A stretch of 64,000 nt of DNA from an uncultured Actinomycetes bacterium (lineage in GTDB: Bacteria > Actinomycetota > Acidimicrobiia > IMCC26256 > JAOSJL01), in assembly GCA_963704035.1 (NCBI GenBank), contig CAVPGR010000004.1:1048219-1112218 (forward strand). Reading direction: 5' to 3'. The notes below the pieces were generated by a model, which ran no database searches, was not told the DNA's origin, and worked only from the letters and a program-made list of their open reading frames with translations. This document shows, in pieces, positions 41,381 to 51,801 of this stretch (position 1 is the stretch's first letter; each line of letters begins with the position of its first letter). The position numbers and the translations under genes were made by a program.

Positions 41381-42454
41381 TGAGGGGAATCGTGGTCGTG
41401 GTCGCGGGGTCGTTCGAGGAGGCCTCCTGGACTGCCCACGCGATGGCAACGGCGGCTCCCGCCAGAGCGATGACGACGAGGAGCCAGGCCATCGGGTTCG
41501 TGTGTCGCTTCGCGGAGAGGACTTGCGCGGAGAGGAACGGACAGCGGGCTGATACGCAGGGGCCGGTGTGGGCTGCGGGGTCGGACGGGGCGCCGGTCGT
41601 GGCTTCGCCGGCTCCTCGACGCGGCCCGAGGCGGCGTCACGAATGGCGGAGGCGAACGCCCCGGCGCTCTGGTAGCGGTCGGCAGGCTCTCGAGCGAGGG
41701 CGTGCATCACAACAGCCTCGAGGGCCGGCGACGCCTCCGGCCGTAGTTCGCGCACAGGCCGCGCGTAGTTCGTGAGGCGCGCCGCGGCGGTGGCCATGTC
41801 GGTGTCGCGGGTGAACGGAACCTGGCCGGTGAGCATCTCGTAGAGCACGAGACCGAGCGAGTACACGTCCGCCCGCGGGTCGATGGCGTTACCTTGCGCC
41901 TGTTCGGGAGCGAGGTACCGGGCGGTTCCGATGACCATGCCGGTGCGTGTGAGATCCGCCGCTCCTGTGGCCTTGGCGATCCCGAAGTCGACGACCTGCA
42001 CGCGACCGTCGGAGCGAACGAGAATGTTGCCGGGCTTCACGTCGCGGTGGATCACGCCGTGGCGGTGGGCGTTCTCGAGGGCGTCGGCAACCTGGGCGGC
42101 GATGTCGGCGGCTACGTCGAGGGGCATCATCGGTCGCCCGTCGAGGATCTCGCGCAGGGTCCCCCCGTCGGCCAACTCCATCACGATGTAGGCGATCCCG
42201 TCGGAGTCGCCGGTGTCGTAGGTGGCCACGATGCCCGGATGGGACAGGCGCGCGGCCGCGAGCGCCTCGTGATGGAAGCGTTCGCGGATGCCCGGGTCCC
42301 GCGCCAACTCGGGGTGTAGGACCTTCACGGCCACGGGGCGCGACAAGAGCGTGTCGTCGGCGATGAACACCGTTCCCATGCCGCCGCCGGCGAGCTCACG
42401 CGTGAGCTCGTAACGGTCGGCCAGAACGCTTCCCACGGACACGCCTGCAGTCAT
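41370..42454 (-). CDS. Ser/Thr protein kinase with C-terminal TM anchor (apparent frame break near 41490-41540)
   Basis: VAVK, HRDVKPGN, DFG and APE motifs. After the Pro-rich linker, a TM helix (MAWLLVVIALAGAAVAIAWAV) and a TGA at 41370 are in a different frame. Confidence 0.8.
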
Positions 42455-42501
42455 GACCCCGGACGGTAGTCGGCGCGAGACCCAGGACGGGTCGACTCGC
42501 G

Positions 42502-43335
42502 CTAGGCGAGGGTGAAGGTGACGGCGATGGCGCCAGGACCGGAGTGGGTCCCCACGACGGGCCCGATCGTGCCGACGATGATGTCCTCCCCGGGAACCAC
42601 CGGGCGGAGCATCTCGAGAAAGTCGTCCAGGTCGGACGCGTCGGCATGCACGACACCTACGCGCTCGACGCTTTCTTCGGCCACCTTGTCAACGAGCCAA
42701 CGTAGCGACTTGCCGCGGGTCCGCACCTTGGCGAGTGGGGTCACCTCGCCGTCGGTGAACGTCACGATCGGTTTGATCGACAGCATCGAGCCCAACAGGG
42801 CCTGCGCACCGCCGATGCGGCCGCCCTTGCGGAGGTTCTCGAGTGTGTCGAGCGTCGCGTACAGCCGCCCGTGGTCGCGCTGCCGTTCCACCGCGGCGAC
42901 GACGGCATCGAGGTCGTCCCCTGCTTCCGCTCGCTCGGCGGCCGTGACGGCGAGGTTTCCCTGGATCAGCGACACGCTGAGTGAGTCGACGATGCGGACG
43001 TCGCCGCGATCGGCGACCGACTTTGCAGCGACCTCGGCGGACTGCATGGTGGCGGAGAGGCGCGATGCCAGGTTCACACACAGGATCGCGTCGGCGCCCT
43101 CGTCGAACAGTTTGGTGAAGGTCTTCTCGAAGGCTCCGGCTGAAGGAGCGGACGTCTCGGGGAGCGTGTCGGAGTCGGCGACGCGGGTCCAGAAGGCTTC
43201 GCTGTCGAGCTCGAAACGGTCGACGAATTCGAGATCGCCGAATCGGATCGTCAGAGGAACGATCTCGATGCGGTGCTTATCGACGATGTCCTCGGGTAGG
43301 TCACATGCACTGTCGGTGACGACTCGGATGTCCAC
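42502..43335 (-). CDS. DegV-family fatty-acid-binding protein
   Basis: GAGGAGG-GTG start; IRVVTDSACDLP, TSAPSAGAF, GTHSGPGAI. Confidence 0.85.
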   Translation of the reverse strand: MDIRVVTDSACDLPEDIVDKHRIEIVPLTIRFGDLEFVDRFELDSEAFWTRVADSDTLPETSAPSAGAFEKTFTKLFDEGADAILCVNLASRLSATMQSAEVAAKSVADRGDVRIVDSLSVSLIQGNLAVTAAERAEAGDDLDAVVAAVERQRDHGRLYATLDTLENLRKGGRIGGAQALLGSMLSIKPIVTFTDGEVTPLAKVRTRGKSLRWLVDKVAEESVERVGVVHADASDLDDFLEMLRPVVPGEDIIVGTIGPVVGTHSGPGAIAVTFTLA

Positions 43336-43427
43336 CCTTGCCTCCTCGGCGGTCGGCGGGAGTTGCCGCGAAGGTATTGGCCCACGGTGCCCCCTGCCAG
43401 CGTTGGACCTGCCCGAAGGCTCGCGGG

Positions 43428-45152
43428 TTACGCGACCGGTGGGGATTTCCCCTTGAGCAGGCTCCGAATCCCTCTGATCTCCTCGACGCGCATGGCAGCC
43501 AGGACGGCGAAATAGGACGCCGCACCGAGGATCACCGCCAGGCCGACGACCACGAGCGCCCGACCCCGCGTGGCGGTACCGAGCCCGTCGATGACGGCCC
43601 ACGCCACGACGCCGAGCACCGCGCAGGCGACGAGCATGCGCCCGAGGCTGTGCAGGATCCGGCCACCATCGAGCCTGCCGAGGCGTCGCCGGAGAACGAC
43701 GAGAGTGAGCATGGTCGCGAAGCAATAGGAGATCGACCACGCCAGAGCCAGGCCGCGCACGCCGAGCGACGGGAAGAGCGCCAGCGCCAGGATGATGTTC
43801 AGGCCGTTCTCGGCGCAGTTCAACAGGAACGGTGTCCTGGTGTCCTGCATGGAGTAGAAGACCCGCAGCGAATACAGATAGGCCGAGAACGCGAACATCC
43901 CGAGAGCGAACGCGGACAGGGTCTGAGCTGTCAGCGCAGCCGATGACGCGGAGAGTTCGCCGAAGGCGAACGTGGTCGTATCGACTGTCCGCGTGATGAC
44001 GAAGAATCCGACCGAGGTCGGGAGCACCAGCAGACCCATCAGACGCATGCCGTACGAGAAACGGTTGCGCAGGTCGGTCCAGTCGCGTCGTGTCGCCGAC
44101 CGAGCGAAGTCCGGCGTGATCGCCGTCATGATCGACACGGCGAACAAGCCGTGGGGAAGCTGGAAGAAGATGAAGGCGTACTGGTAGGCCGACACTTCAC
44201 CCCGACGGGAGAACGCCAGGATCAGAACCACGAGAAACGCGGCCTGATTCGCGAGCACGTAGCCGAACGTCCAGCCCGACAGGCGGGCGACCTTGCGGAC
44301 AGCCGGATGTCGGAGAGTGAAGAGGGGTCGGAGCCGCACGCCTGCGTGCCGCAGAGCCGGATAGAGCGCAACAGCCATCGCAGCGATACCGGCGGTCGTC
44401 CCGAGCCCCATCAGCAGTATCAGTCCGGTGTCGCTCAGCACGGCGTCGAGGCTCACGTCGCCTCCCGCCACGGCCGCTACCGCGAGGAAGGCGGAAATGA
44501 CGACGACGTTGTTGAGGATGGGGACAAACGCCGGCGCAGCGAACCGGCGACGGGCGTTGAGCACAGCGGAGGCGAGAGCGACGAAGCCGAAGAAGAGAAC
44601 CTGGGGGATGAGAAGCCGAAGAAGGTCCGTGCCCAGGGCGAGCTGGTCGTCCTTGACGTCGTCGCTGGCGAGGAGGGCAAGGACGCGCATGATGAGCGGG
44701 GCAGCGAGAACACCCACCACGGCGAGAATCCCGAGGCCGACCATCGCGACCGTCGTCACCGCCGAAGCGGCGTCGTCATCGGGATCGCGGAGGTGCTCGA
44801 CGAAGACCGGAACCAGAGTCGCCGAGAGAACCCCGCCGAGGATCAGCTCGTAGACGATGGCCGGGGCCATGTTGGCGATGTTGAACGTGTCGGCGGTCGC
44901 CGTCGCCCCGAGTGCGAACGCGATTGCACCGACGCGCAACATCCCCGTCGCTCGCGAGAGTGCCGTTCCCGCGCCGACGACAGCGCTGGAGCGGACGAGG
45001 CGCCGCCCACCCGACTCGATGGCGAAGGCTTCGCCTTCACCGAGATCGAGATCGGATTCGCTCGGGTCGCTCGGAATCGGAGGCTGACCGTCTGTCACGA
45101 TTCCACGGCCCGCCGCTTGGCCCGCCGCCCCAGAATGATGTGGATCGTCCAC
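43428..45152 (-). CDS. murJ: lipid II flippase MurJ/MviN (alternative GTG start at 45098 gives a GTGA overlap with the upstream stop)
   Basis: Polytopic membrane protein with MurJ-like N-terminus (RATGMLRVGAIAFALG). Confidence 0.85.
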   Translation of the reverse strand: MDDPHHSGAAGQAAGRGIVTDGQPPIPSDPSESDLDLGEGEAFAIESGGRRLVRSSAVVGAGTALSRATGMLRVGAIAFALGATATADTFNIANMAPAIVYELILGGVLSATLVPVFVEHLRDPDDDAASAVTTVAMVGLGILAVVGVLAAPLIMRVLALLASDDVKDDQLALGTDLLRLLIPQVLFFGFVALASAVLNARRRFAAPAFVPILNNVVVISAFLAVAAVAGGDVSLDAVLSDTGLILLMGLGTTAGIAAMAVALYPALRHAGVRLRPLFTLRHPAVRKVARLSGWTFGYVLANQAAFLVVLILAFSRRGEVSAYQYAFIFFQLPHGLFAVSIMTAITPDFARSATRRDWTDLRNRFSYGMRLMGLLVLPTSVGFFVITRTVDTTTFAFGELSASSAALTAQTLSAFALGMFAFSAYLYSLRVFYSMQDTRTPFLLNCAENGLNIILALALFPSLGVRGLALAWSISYCFATMLTLVVLRRRLGRLDGGRILHSLGRMLVACAVLGVVAWAVIDGLGTATRGRALVVVGLAVILGAASYFAVLAAMRVEEIRGIRSLLKGKSPPVA

Positions 45153-47155
45153 CAGAGGGCGAGGAATCCGGCCGCGACGACGGTGACGATGATGCCCACA
45201 CCGCTCACCGCCGTCGATCGCACGGTGAGGCGGCTCCGTTGGAACTGCAACCGACCGTCAGGCGAGGAGACCGTGAGGATCATGGGGAAGGTGCCTGACG
45301 TGCGCGCTTCGACCAGGAACCGTTCGGTGCTGTTTCGGGGAGGAAGGTCGATGATGAAATCCGACCCGTCGGGGAATGACAGTTTCTCGCTTTCCAGGCT
45401 TACGAGAACACGCACGGGCTCGTCCGAATCGTTCTGGAACGCGACGGGGATCCGCGCCCGTCGCGCCGTGATGGTGACGGTGCTGTCGTCGGCGGCGCTC
45501 ACCGTCGACAGGAAGTCCTCGGTAGCGAGGTCGATGGTCGCGAGCTGCTCCCGTGCACGAGCGCGGCCCCCCACGCCTTCCCACATAGACGTGAGTGAAA
45601 CGAGCAACGAGCGGGTTCCGTCGACGATTCGGGGATCCTCGGCCGAGGTGAGCGAACGGAGCCCCACGAGGTCCGAAGCCGCCGTCCGGTAATCGGCCGG
45701 GGTCACGGGCGGGGATCCGGGCACGAGGCTCTCGAGCGTGCGGACGACGGGCTCGTTGTTGTCGCCGAGTTGCAGAGGAACCTCGTCGAAATAGTCAGCG
45801 ATCCCGACGGGGGCGAGCAGCGGGTGGTCCGCGAGGCCGTCGACGGCCCGGTCGACAGCCGCCGAATCGGGATTCCAGCGTTGCGGCGACGCGAGGACGA
45901 TTCCGCGAGGGTTGTTCGGCTCTTCGAGAGCCACGACCGACAAGGCGGCGATAAACCGTTGGGCCCGAAGCGCAGGCGGGCCGTCGCCGTCGAGGAGTTC
46001 GCGGATCTGTGCGTTGGAGGCGGTCGCGGGAATCGTTCCGTCGCCGTAGTCGAGAAGGAAGGGCTCCGCCGGCGTGAGGTCGGACTCGAACGACGTCAGC
46101 GCGTCGGGTCGAACCACCAACTGCTCGATCGAGGTTCCGGCCAGCATCGCAGCGGCCTCGTCGTCGAGCGGATCGGCGAAAGCCGTGGTCGGATCGATGC
46201 CGGTCTCGAAGGTCGTTCCGAGGCTGAACGCACCCGCGATGAGCTCTTCGCGGGTTTCCGCGTGCATCCCGGCTGCGACCAGCGCCGGGACATCGACCGG
46301 TACGAAGGGTCCGCTGAGAAGCTCTTGTCCTGCGTCCACCCGGCGCTGCACAGCGTCGATGCCGGGAGCGATTCGGGCGGCGAGAGCGTCCGCGGTCGCG
46401 TCGGGATCCGCGGGGTCGGGTGGGGACGCGAGCTCACGCCAGGACTCGAAGGTCTCCGGTCCTGGAGCCAGGGTCACGGCCACGTCCGCGGGGTCGGGGA
46501 CGGACGCGGCGATCCGGCCCAGGCGGCCGTCGGAGCGAAACTCGGCCACGACCTGTTCATCAGGTGTGCCGTCGGCGTTGAATGCGGGTTCGGCCACCAT
46601 CTGCCAGATCCAGGAGACCCGCAGACGTTCACCGATGGGGTCGTTCTCCTCGTCGACAACCACGAGGTAGGTGACGAAGCCGCCGCCCGGCTCCCCAGTG
46701 GAGGGGTCGCGCACCTCGACGGCGACCGGATACACGCCGCGTCGGGAGATGGTGGGGAACCCGAGTGAGCTCGGAACACCCGGATCGAGGACGACGGGAA
46801 TGCGCACGCCGTCTGCCGCCTCCTCCAGGTCGGCCACCGGAAACGTGACCTGACCCAGGGTGGAGCCGAGCGAGTCGCCGAACAATGTCTCGCCGAAGCG
46901 AATGCTGGAGTTCAGGCGCTCGTGAACCGTGACGGCGATTTCGGCATCGGCGTCGGTCTCCGTGGGATCGACGACGAGCTCGGTGGAGCCGCCGAGCGGC
47001 ACCCAGGGGGCCTGGTCCACGAGGGTGACCGTGCCCGCGGACGACGCCTCGCCGGCGCCGGCGCCGGCGCCGGCGGTGAGCGGGGCGGTCGTCGCCGACA
47101 CCACGAGAACTCCGAGAACGGCGAGAGCTCGGGACAACCAGAGGGATCGCGACAT
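45095..47155 (-). CDS. large secreted protein with C-terminal TM anchor (same position as mycobacterial Rv3909)
   Basis: ATG at 47155, signal peptide, 686 aa, C-terminal TM. The listed 875-aa ORF includes an out-of-frame overlap with the GNAT gene. Confidence 0.55.
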   Translation of the reverse strand: MSRSLWLSRALAVLGVLVVSATTAPLTAGAGAGAGEASSAGTVTLVDQAPWVPLGGSTELVVDPTETDADAEIAVTVHERLNSSIRFGETLFGDSLGSTLGQVTFPVADLEEAADGVRIPVVLDPGVPSSLGFPTISRRGVYPVAVEVRDPSTGEPGGGFVTYLVVVDEENDPIGERLRVSWIWQMVAEPAFNADGTPDEQVVAEFRSDGRLGRIAASVPDPADVAVTLAPGPETFESWRELASPPDPADPDATADALAARIAPGIDAVQRRVDAGQELLSGPFVPVDVPALVAAGMHAETREELIAGAFSLGTTFETGIDPTTAFADPLDDEAAAMLAGTSIEQLVVRPDALTSFESDLTPAEPFLLDYGDGTIPATASNAQIRELLDGDGPPALRAQRFIAALSVVALEEPNNPRGIVLASPQRWNPDSAAVDRAVDGLADHPLLAPVGIADYFDEVPLQLGDNNEPVVRTLESLVPGSPPVTPADYRTAASDLVGLRSLTSAEDPRIVDGTRSLLVSLTSMWEGVGGRARAREQLATIDLATEDFLSTVSAADDSTVTITARRARIPVAFQNDSDEPVRVLVSLESEKLSFPDGSDFIIDLPPRNSTERFLVEARTSGTFPMILTVSSPDGRLQFQRSRLTVRSTAVSGVGIIVTVVAAGFLALWWTIHIILGRRAKRRAVES

Positions 47156-47862
47156 CACAGATCCCGGGCCAGAACGCTCAGTCCGACCGGCAGCAGGGTG
47201 AAACCGCACCGCTCGTAGAGCCTCACGGCGCCGACGTTGCTCTCCTGGGTGTTGACGACGGTGCGTTTCGCCCCGCGGCGAGCCAACCAGGCCAGTGCGT
47301 CGGCGACAGCAGCAGACCCGAGACCGCGGCGCCGTCGGGCCGGATCGACGGCGATGCGTTGGATGTACCCCTGGCGACCGGCCCGACCGGCGATCGCGTA
47401 GGCGGTGAGGTTCCCGTTGTCCCACAATGTACGGAACCGGGAGACGGGCGTCGCCGCAAGGGCGTCGTCGAGTCCGGCGGCATCCAGGCGCCAGAACGGA
47501 TCGAAGGCCGCGGTGTCGACCTCGAGGACGGTGGACCGGTCGCGCCGGCGGGCCCGACGGGTCGAAGCTGTCCGCTCGGGGAGATCCGACATGTCGTGGG
47601 CCAGCAGGTGAAGCCGCTCGCGGACCCGGAACCCCGCGTCCACGAACGGCAGGGAGTCGGCCGCGGTGAGAGCGTTCGTGATGACAGAGGAGTAGCCGAG
47701 GTCGCGAAGTCGTTCCACACACTCTTCGACGAACTCGATACTGGGGGGCGACTCGGCACCGAGGGTGATTGCGGCGAGGGCCTCGTCACCACGCCAGGCC
47801 CCGAGCCGTACCCAGCCTCCTCGCCAGCGCAATGTCTGTGTCGTCACGGCAAGGACCGCCAT
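47155..47862 (-). CDS. GNAT-family N-acetyltransferase
   Basis: RIAVDPARRRRGLGSAAV acetyl-CoA motif; TGATG junction with the downstream gene. Confidence 0.8.
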   Translation of the reverse strand: MAVLAVTTQTLRWRGGWVRLGAWRGDEALAAITLGAESPPSIEFVEECVERLRDLGYSSVITNALTAADSLPFVDAGFRVRERLHLLAHDMSDLPERTASTRRARRRDRSTVLEVDTAAFDPFWRLDAAGLDDALAATPVSRFRTLWDNGNLTAYAIAGRAGRQGYIQRIAVDPARRRRGLGSAAVADALAWLARRGAKRTVVNTQESNVGAVRLYERCGFTLLPVGLSVLARDL

Positions 47863-47960
47863 GCGGGCTCTCGGCGCGGTCACGAGCGGACCGCGGCGTT
47901 CCCCGGGACGTGGGTGGCGCAGAAGCGATCGTACCTGCGCGTCGGCTGTACTCTCCGAGC

Positions 47961-49019
47961 GTGTTGCTGGTCTCCTCCGATCCGTGGTTCGTCGCTCACG
48001 ACACGGGTCGTGGCCATCCCGAACGGGCCGGGAGACTCGTGGCAGCGGCCCGGGGGATCGAGGCTGCCGGGCTCCGCGACGCCGTCGTCGAGCTGGAGCC
48101 CCGCGCGGCGACTTCGGCGGAGATGGCACGGGTCCACGATCCCACGTACCTGGCGGCCGTCGAGCGATTCTGCGAAGAGGGCGGCGGAATGGTCGATCCC
48201 GACACGGTCGCCTCCGTGGATTCCTGGACCGCCGCCACCCACGCGGCCGGAGCGGGGCTGGCGGCCGTCGACGTGTTGAGCGAAGGTCGGGGTGACGCGG
48301 CGTTCCTGGCCGTACGCCCACCCGGACACCACGCTTCTGCGTCGACTGCTCGCGGTTTCTGTCTCGTCAACAGCGCTGCCGTCGCGGCAGCGGCGCTGCG
48401 CGCAGCGGGTGAGCGCGTCGTGATCATCGACTGGGATGCCCACCACGGAAACGGAACGCAGGATCTCTTCTGGAACGATCCCGGAGTGCTCTACGTCTCC
48501 GCTCACGAGTTCCCACTGTTCCCTCACACGGGTCGGCTCGACGAGACCGGCGGGCCCGACGCGCTCGGCACGACCTGCAACATCCCGGTTCCCGCCGGTA
48601 CCACCGGCGACGTGTACCTCGCCGCCTTCGACGATGTGGTCGAGCCCCTGGTGGAGCGGTTCGCCCCCGACTGGACAGTCGTCTCCGCGGGTTTCGACGC
48701 TCACCGGCGCGACCCACTCACAGGCCTCGCCCTCTCTTCGGGAGACTTCGCCGCTCTTGCAGCGCGGGTCGCGACGTGGACGCCCGGTCGGATCGTGGCG
48801 TTCCTCGAAGGGGGATACGACGAGCAGGCGTTGGTCGGATCGATTGCCGTCACGGTGGCGGCGTTGCTTTCGGAGCAGCGTGTGATCGGAACGGGACAAG
48901 TCGGTGGCCGAGCGGAAGCCGAACCGCCTACGACCGGTGGGCCGGGACGAGATGTGGTCGAGGCCACCCGGCGGATCCACGCCACGATCCGTGAGGAATC
49001 TGAGAAGTTCGACCACTAA
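47961..49019 (+). CDS. histone-deacetylase-family (AcuC-like) deacetylase
   Basis: RPPGHHA, DWDAHHGNGTQ; GTG start at 47961. Confidence 0.85.
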   Translation: MLLVSSDPWFVAHDTGRGHPERAGRLVAAARGIEAAGLRDAVVELEPRAATSAEMARVHDPTYLAAVERFCEEGGGMVDPDTVASVDSWTAATHAAGAGLAAVDVLSEGRGDAAFLAVRPPGHHASASTARGFCLVNSAAVAAAALRAAGERVVIIDWDAHHGNGTQDLFWNDPGVLYVSAHEFPLFPHTGRLDETGGPDALGTTCNIPVPAGTTGDVYLAAFDDVVEPLVERFAPDWTVVSAGFDAHRRDPLTGLALSSGDFAALAARVATWTPGRIVAFLEGGYDEQALVGSIAVTVAALLSEQRVIGTGQVGGRAEAEPPTTGGPGRDVVEATRRIHATIREESEKFDH

Positions 49020-49102
49020 TGGTGAGATCCACGTCGTTCGGTTCAGGTCGGGTCGCCGGGCGTCGATAACTCCATCGGAAGCCCAGACCCCCCGGGGGAG
49101 AC

Positions 49103-50209
49103 GTGCTCGATCTCGAACAGCTGTTGCGGTTCTCCATCGAGGAGGACGCGTCCGACGTCCACCTGAAGGTCGGATCGCCGCCCTACGTGCGCATCGACGG
49201 ACACCTCGTGCCGACCGAGTTCGACACGATGACAGCCGCCGACACCGAGCGCGTGGCGTTCGCCATCATGCCTCCGACGCGCGCCGAGGAGTTCCACTCC
49301 ACGAACGAAGCCGACTTCGCGCACGCTGTCGCGGGCATGGGTCGGTTCCGCGTGAACGTGTTCCGCCAGCGCGGTTCTGTCGGGGTCGTGATGCGCCGTG
49401 TTCTCACCGGGATTCCGAGCCTTGCTGATCTGGGCATGCCGCCCGTCCTCGAACGCCTCGCCGGCGAACCGCGTGGCCTTGTTCTCGTGACCGGGCCGAC
49501 AGGGTCCGGAAAGACCACGACCCTCGGAGCGATGGTCGACCACATCAACGAGACGCAGCGACGACACATCGTGACGATCGAGGATCCGATCGAGGTACTC
49601 CACCCCGACAAACGCTCGATCGTCAACCAGCGCGAGATCGGCACGGACACCGAGGACTTCCACACCGCCCTGAAACGTGTGCTGCGCCAGGACCCCGACG
49701 TGATCCTCATCGGAGAGATGCGTGACCCCGAGACGGTTCACGCGGCGCTGTCGGCCGCTGAGACGGGCCACCTCGTGTTCTCGACGCTGCACACGATCGG
49801 CGCCAAGGAGTCGGTCGACCGCGTCATCGAGTTCTTCCCTCCGCACCAGCAACAGCAGGTGCGCCACACGCTCGCTGGTTCCCTGAGGGGCATCGTGAGC
49901 CAGCGCCTCATCGAGCGCCGCGATGCCGAGGGGCGCGTGCCCGCCGTGGAGGTGTGCGTGAACACGGGACGCGTGTTCGACAAGATCGTGAACGCCGGTC
50001 AGACCCACGAGATCGAGACGGTCATCGCCGACGGTGAGTACTACGGGATGCAGACCTTCGACCAGAGCATCCTCCAGCTCTTCAAGAACGAGCTCGTGTC
50101 GCTGCGCGACGCGCTCGGCATGGCGTCGCACCCCCACGACCTGCGCCTCGCCATCGAGCAGGCCGGCCTCATCTCCTCGTCGATGGACCGCGAGCGCACC
50201 AGCGCCTGA
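49103..50209 (+). CDS. pilT: PilT-type twitching-motility ATPase
   Basis: Walker A GPTGSGKTTTL, IVTIEDPIE, ILIGEMRD, GHLVFSTLHT. Confidence 0.9.
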   Translation: MLDLEQLLRFSIEEDASDVHLKVGSPPYVRIDGHLVPTEFDTMTAADTERVAFAIMPPTRAEEFHSTNEADFAHAVAGMGRFRVNVFRQRGSVGVVMRRVLTGIPSLADLGMPPVLERLAGEPRGLVLVTGPTGSGKTTTLGAMVDHINETQRRHIVTIEDPIEVLHPDKRSIVNQREIGTDTEDFHTALKRVLRQDPDVILIGEMRDPETVHAALSAAETGHLVFSTLHTIGAKESVDRVIEFFPPHQQQQVRHTLAGSLRGIVSQRLIERRDAEGRVPAVEVCVNTGRVFDKIVNAGQTHEIETVIADGEYYGMQTFDQSILQLFKNELVSLRDALGMASHPHDLRLAIEQAGLISSSMDRERTSA

Positions 50210-50303
50210 AGCAACGCTGGCGCTGTCGGACGCGACGACGCGCCGCCGACCGGAGAGGGAACCCATCCCCCGGCCGACGGCGCGTGCGCCGAATCGCAGA
50301 CGG

Positions 50304-51609
50304 CTAGCCGGAGCAACCGCCGATCTGGCAGCCCTTCCACGCGTGCCGCAGTTCACCCTTGGTGCGGTCGTAGTAGAGGACGTGGGGGTCCTGCGGACCC
50401 CAGTCGGTGTAGTCGCCGGGTCGCTGGATGAGGGCACCCGAGCTGTCGGAGCCCACGTCGTTCGTCGTGGCGCCGATGTTGCCGAGCTTCCCGTCGATCG
50501 TTTCGAACGACCAACCGGTCATCAACGAGGAGCCACCGTTGTGGACGCCGACACGCAGGTCGCGGTTCTTGGCGTCGTAGTAGAAGACGCGTAGTGGCTC
50601 GTCGCTGAACTCGCTGTACACGGCATCGGGAGCGGATCCGACATCAGACGAGATGCGCCCCGCGCCGCCGCCGGCACCGTCGAGTGTCGTCAGCACGAAG
50701 CCCGATCCGTTCCAGGTCGCGGAGCGGAGGTTGCCGTTCGTGGCGTCGTAGTAGAAGACCGCCGGGCCCGACGAGTGACCCGTTGCGGACAGGTCGGACC
50801 CGACGTCCCCGTCGATCCGACCACCTCCACCGCCGGCACCGTCCACGGTTCCGAACTCCCACGTCGCCGCCAGGATGTCGTAGAACCCGTAGCGGAGGTC
50901 GCCGTTCGTGGCGTCGTAGTAGAACACCCGCCAGTAGAAGTCGAACAGCTCGTCGATCACAGAGGCACTCTCTCCGACATCCGCGTCGATCCGACCGTCC
51001 GAGCCACCGGCACCGTCCAGGTTCTCGAAGACCCAGGCCCCTTGCGAATATGTCGCCAGTCGGAGGTTGCCGTTCTCCGAGTCGGGGTAGTAGACGTTCA
51101 GAACACCGATGGGGTTGTTCGGATTCGACGGATCCAGCATGAGCTGCCCCGCTGATCTGTTACTCGTGCCGACGTCAGCATCGACGCGACCGCCTGCGCC
51201 GCCGTCACCGTCGATCGTCTCGAAGTGCCAGACGCCACCCGCGAAGTAGCCCTGACGCAGGTTGCCGTTCGTGGCGTCGTAATAGAAGACGCGCGAATCT
51301 GGTGTCGTCGAGCATCCCGGTGACGCCCGAACCGACGTCGGCGTCGATCCGACCGTTCGAGCCACCGGCACCGTCGAGGACCTCGTGTTGCCAGCCGGCC
51401 ACCGTGTAGTACGCGTGGCGCAGGTTCCCGTTGTCGGCGTCGTAGTAGAAGGCGTGTGAGCCCACCATCGCCACGTCGGAGCCGACGTCCGCGGTCGTGC
51501 GACCACCTCCACCGCCGGCACCGTCCACGACCTCGAATTGCCAGCCGCAGCCGGTGGCGATCAGCGCCACGAGTGCGACACCGGCGGCCCATGTGCGAAT
51601 TCGTCTCAT
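50304..51609 (-). CDS. 7 x 54-aa repeat lipoprotein, paralog a (apparent frame break near 51295)
   Basis: MRRIRTWAAGVALVALIATGC lipobox followed by W.FE..DG / VFYYD / LRH.Y units; atypical end WKGCQIGGCSG. Confidence 0.7.
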
Positions 51610-51801
51610 CGTTACCCCCCTACTCCACAGCCGTGGAGGTGCTCAGGAGCAGGACCGCGGGGCGGCGCGACCTGCACGATTACCAGCGCTCTAGGCATTG
51701 GACGCACAGGTCACACGAAAGGTTCCCGAAAATCCCGAAGATCTCGAAATACTCGGATTTCGCCGGTCTCGAGCAGCGACGGCCGTTGTCGAGAAGCCCG
51801 C

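Noticed and set aside
40769-42454. Single 561-aa Ser/Thr kinase-ECF sigma fusion protein
   Set aside because: A TM helix followed by a stop codon appears in an alternate frame exactly where kinases of this type end. The sigma factor has its own ATG at 41380. The fusion is best explained by one frame break.
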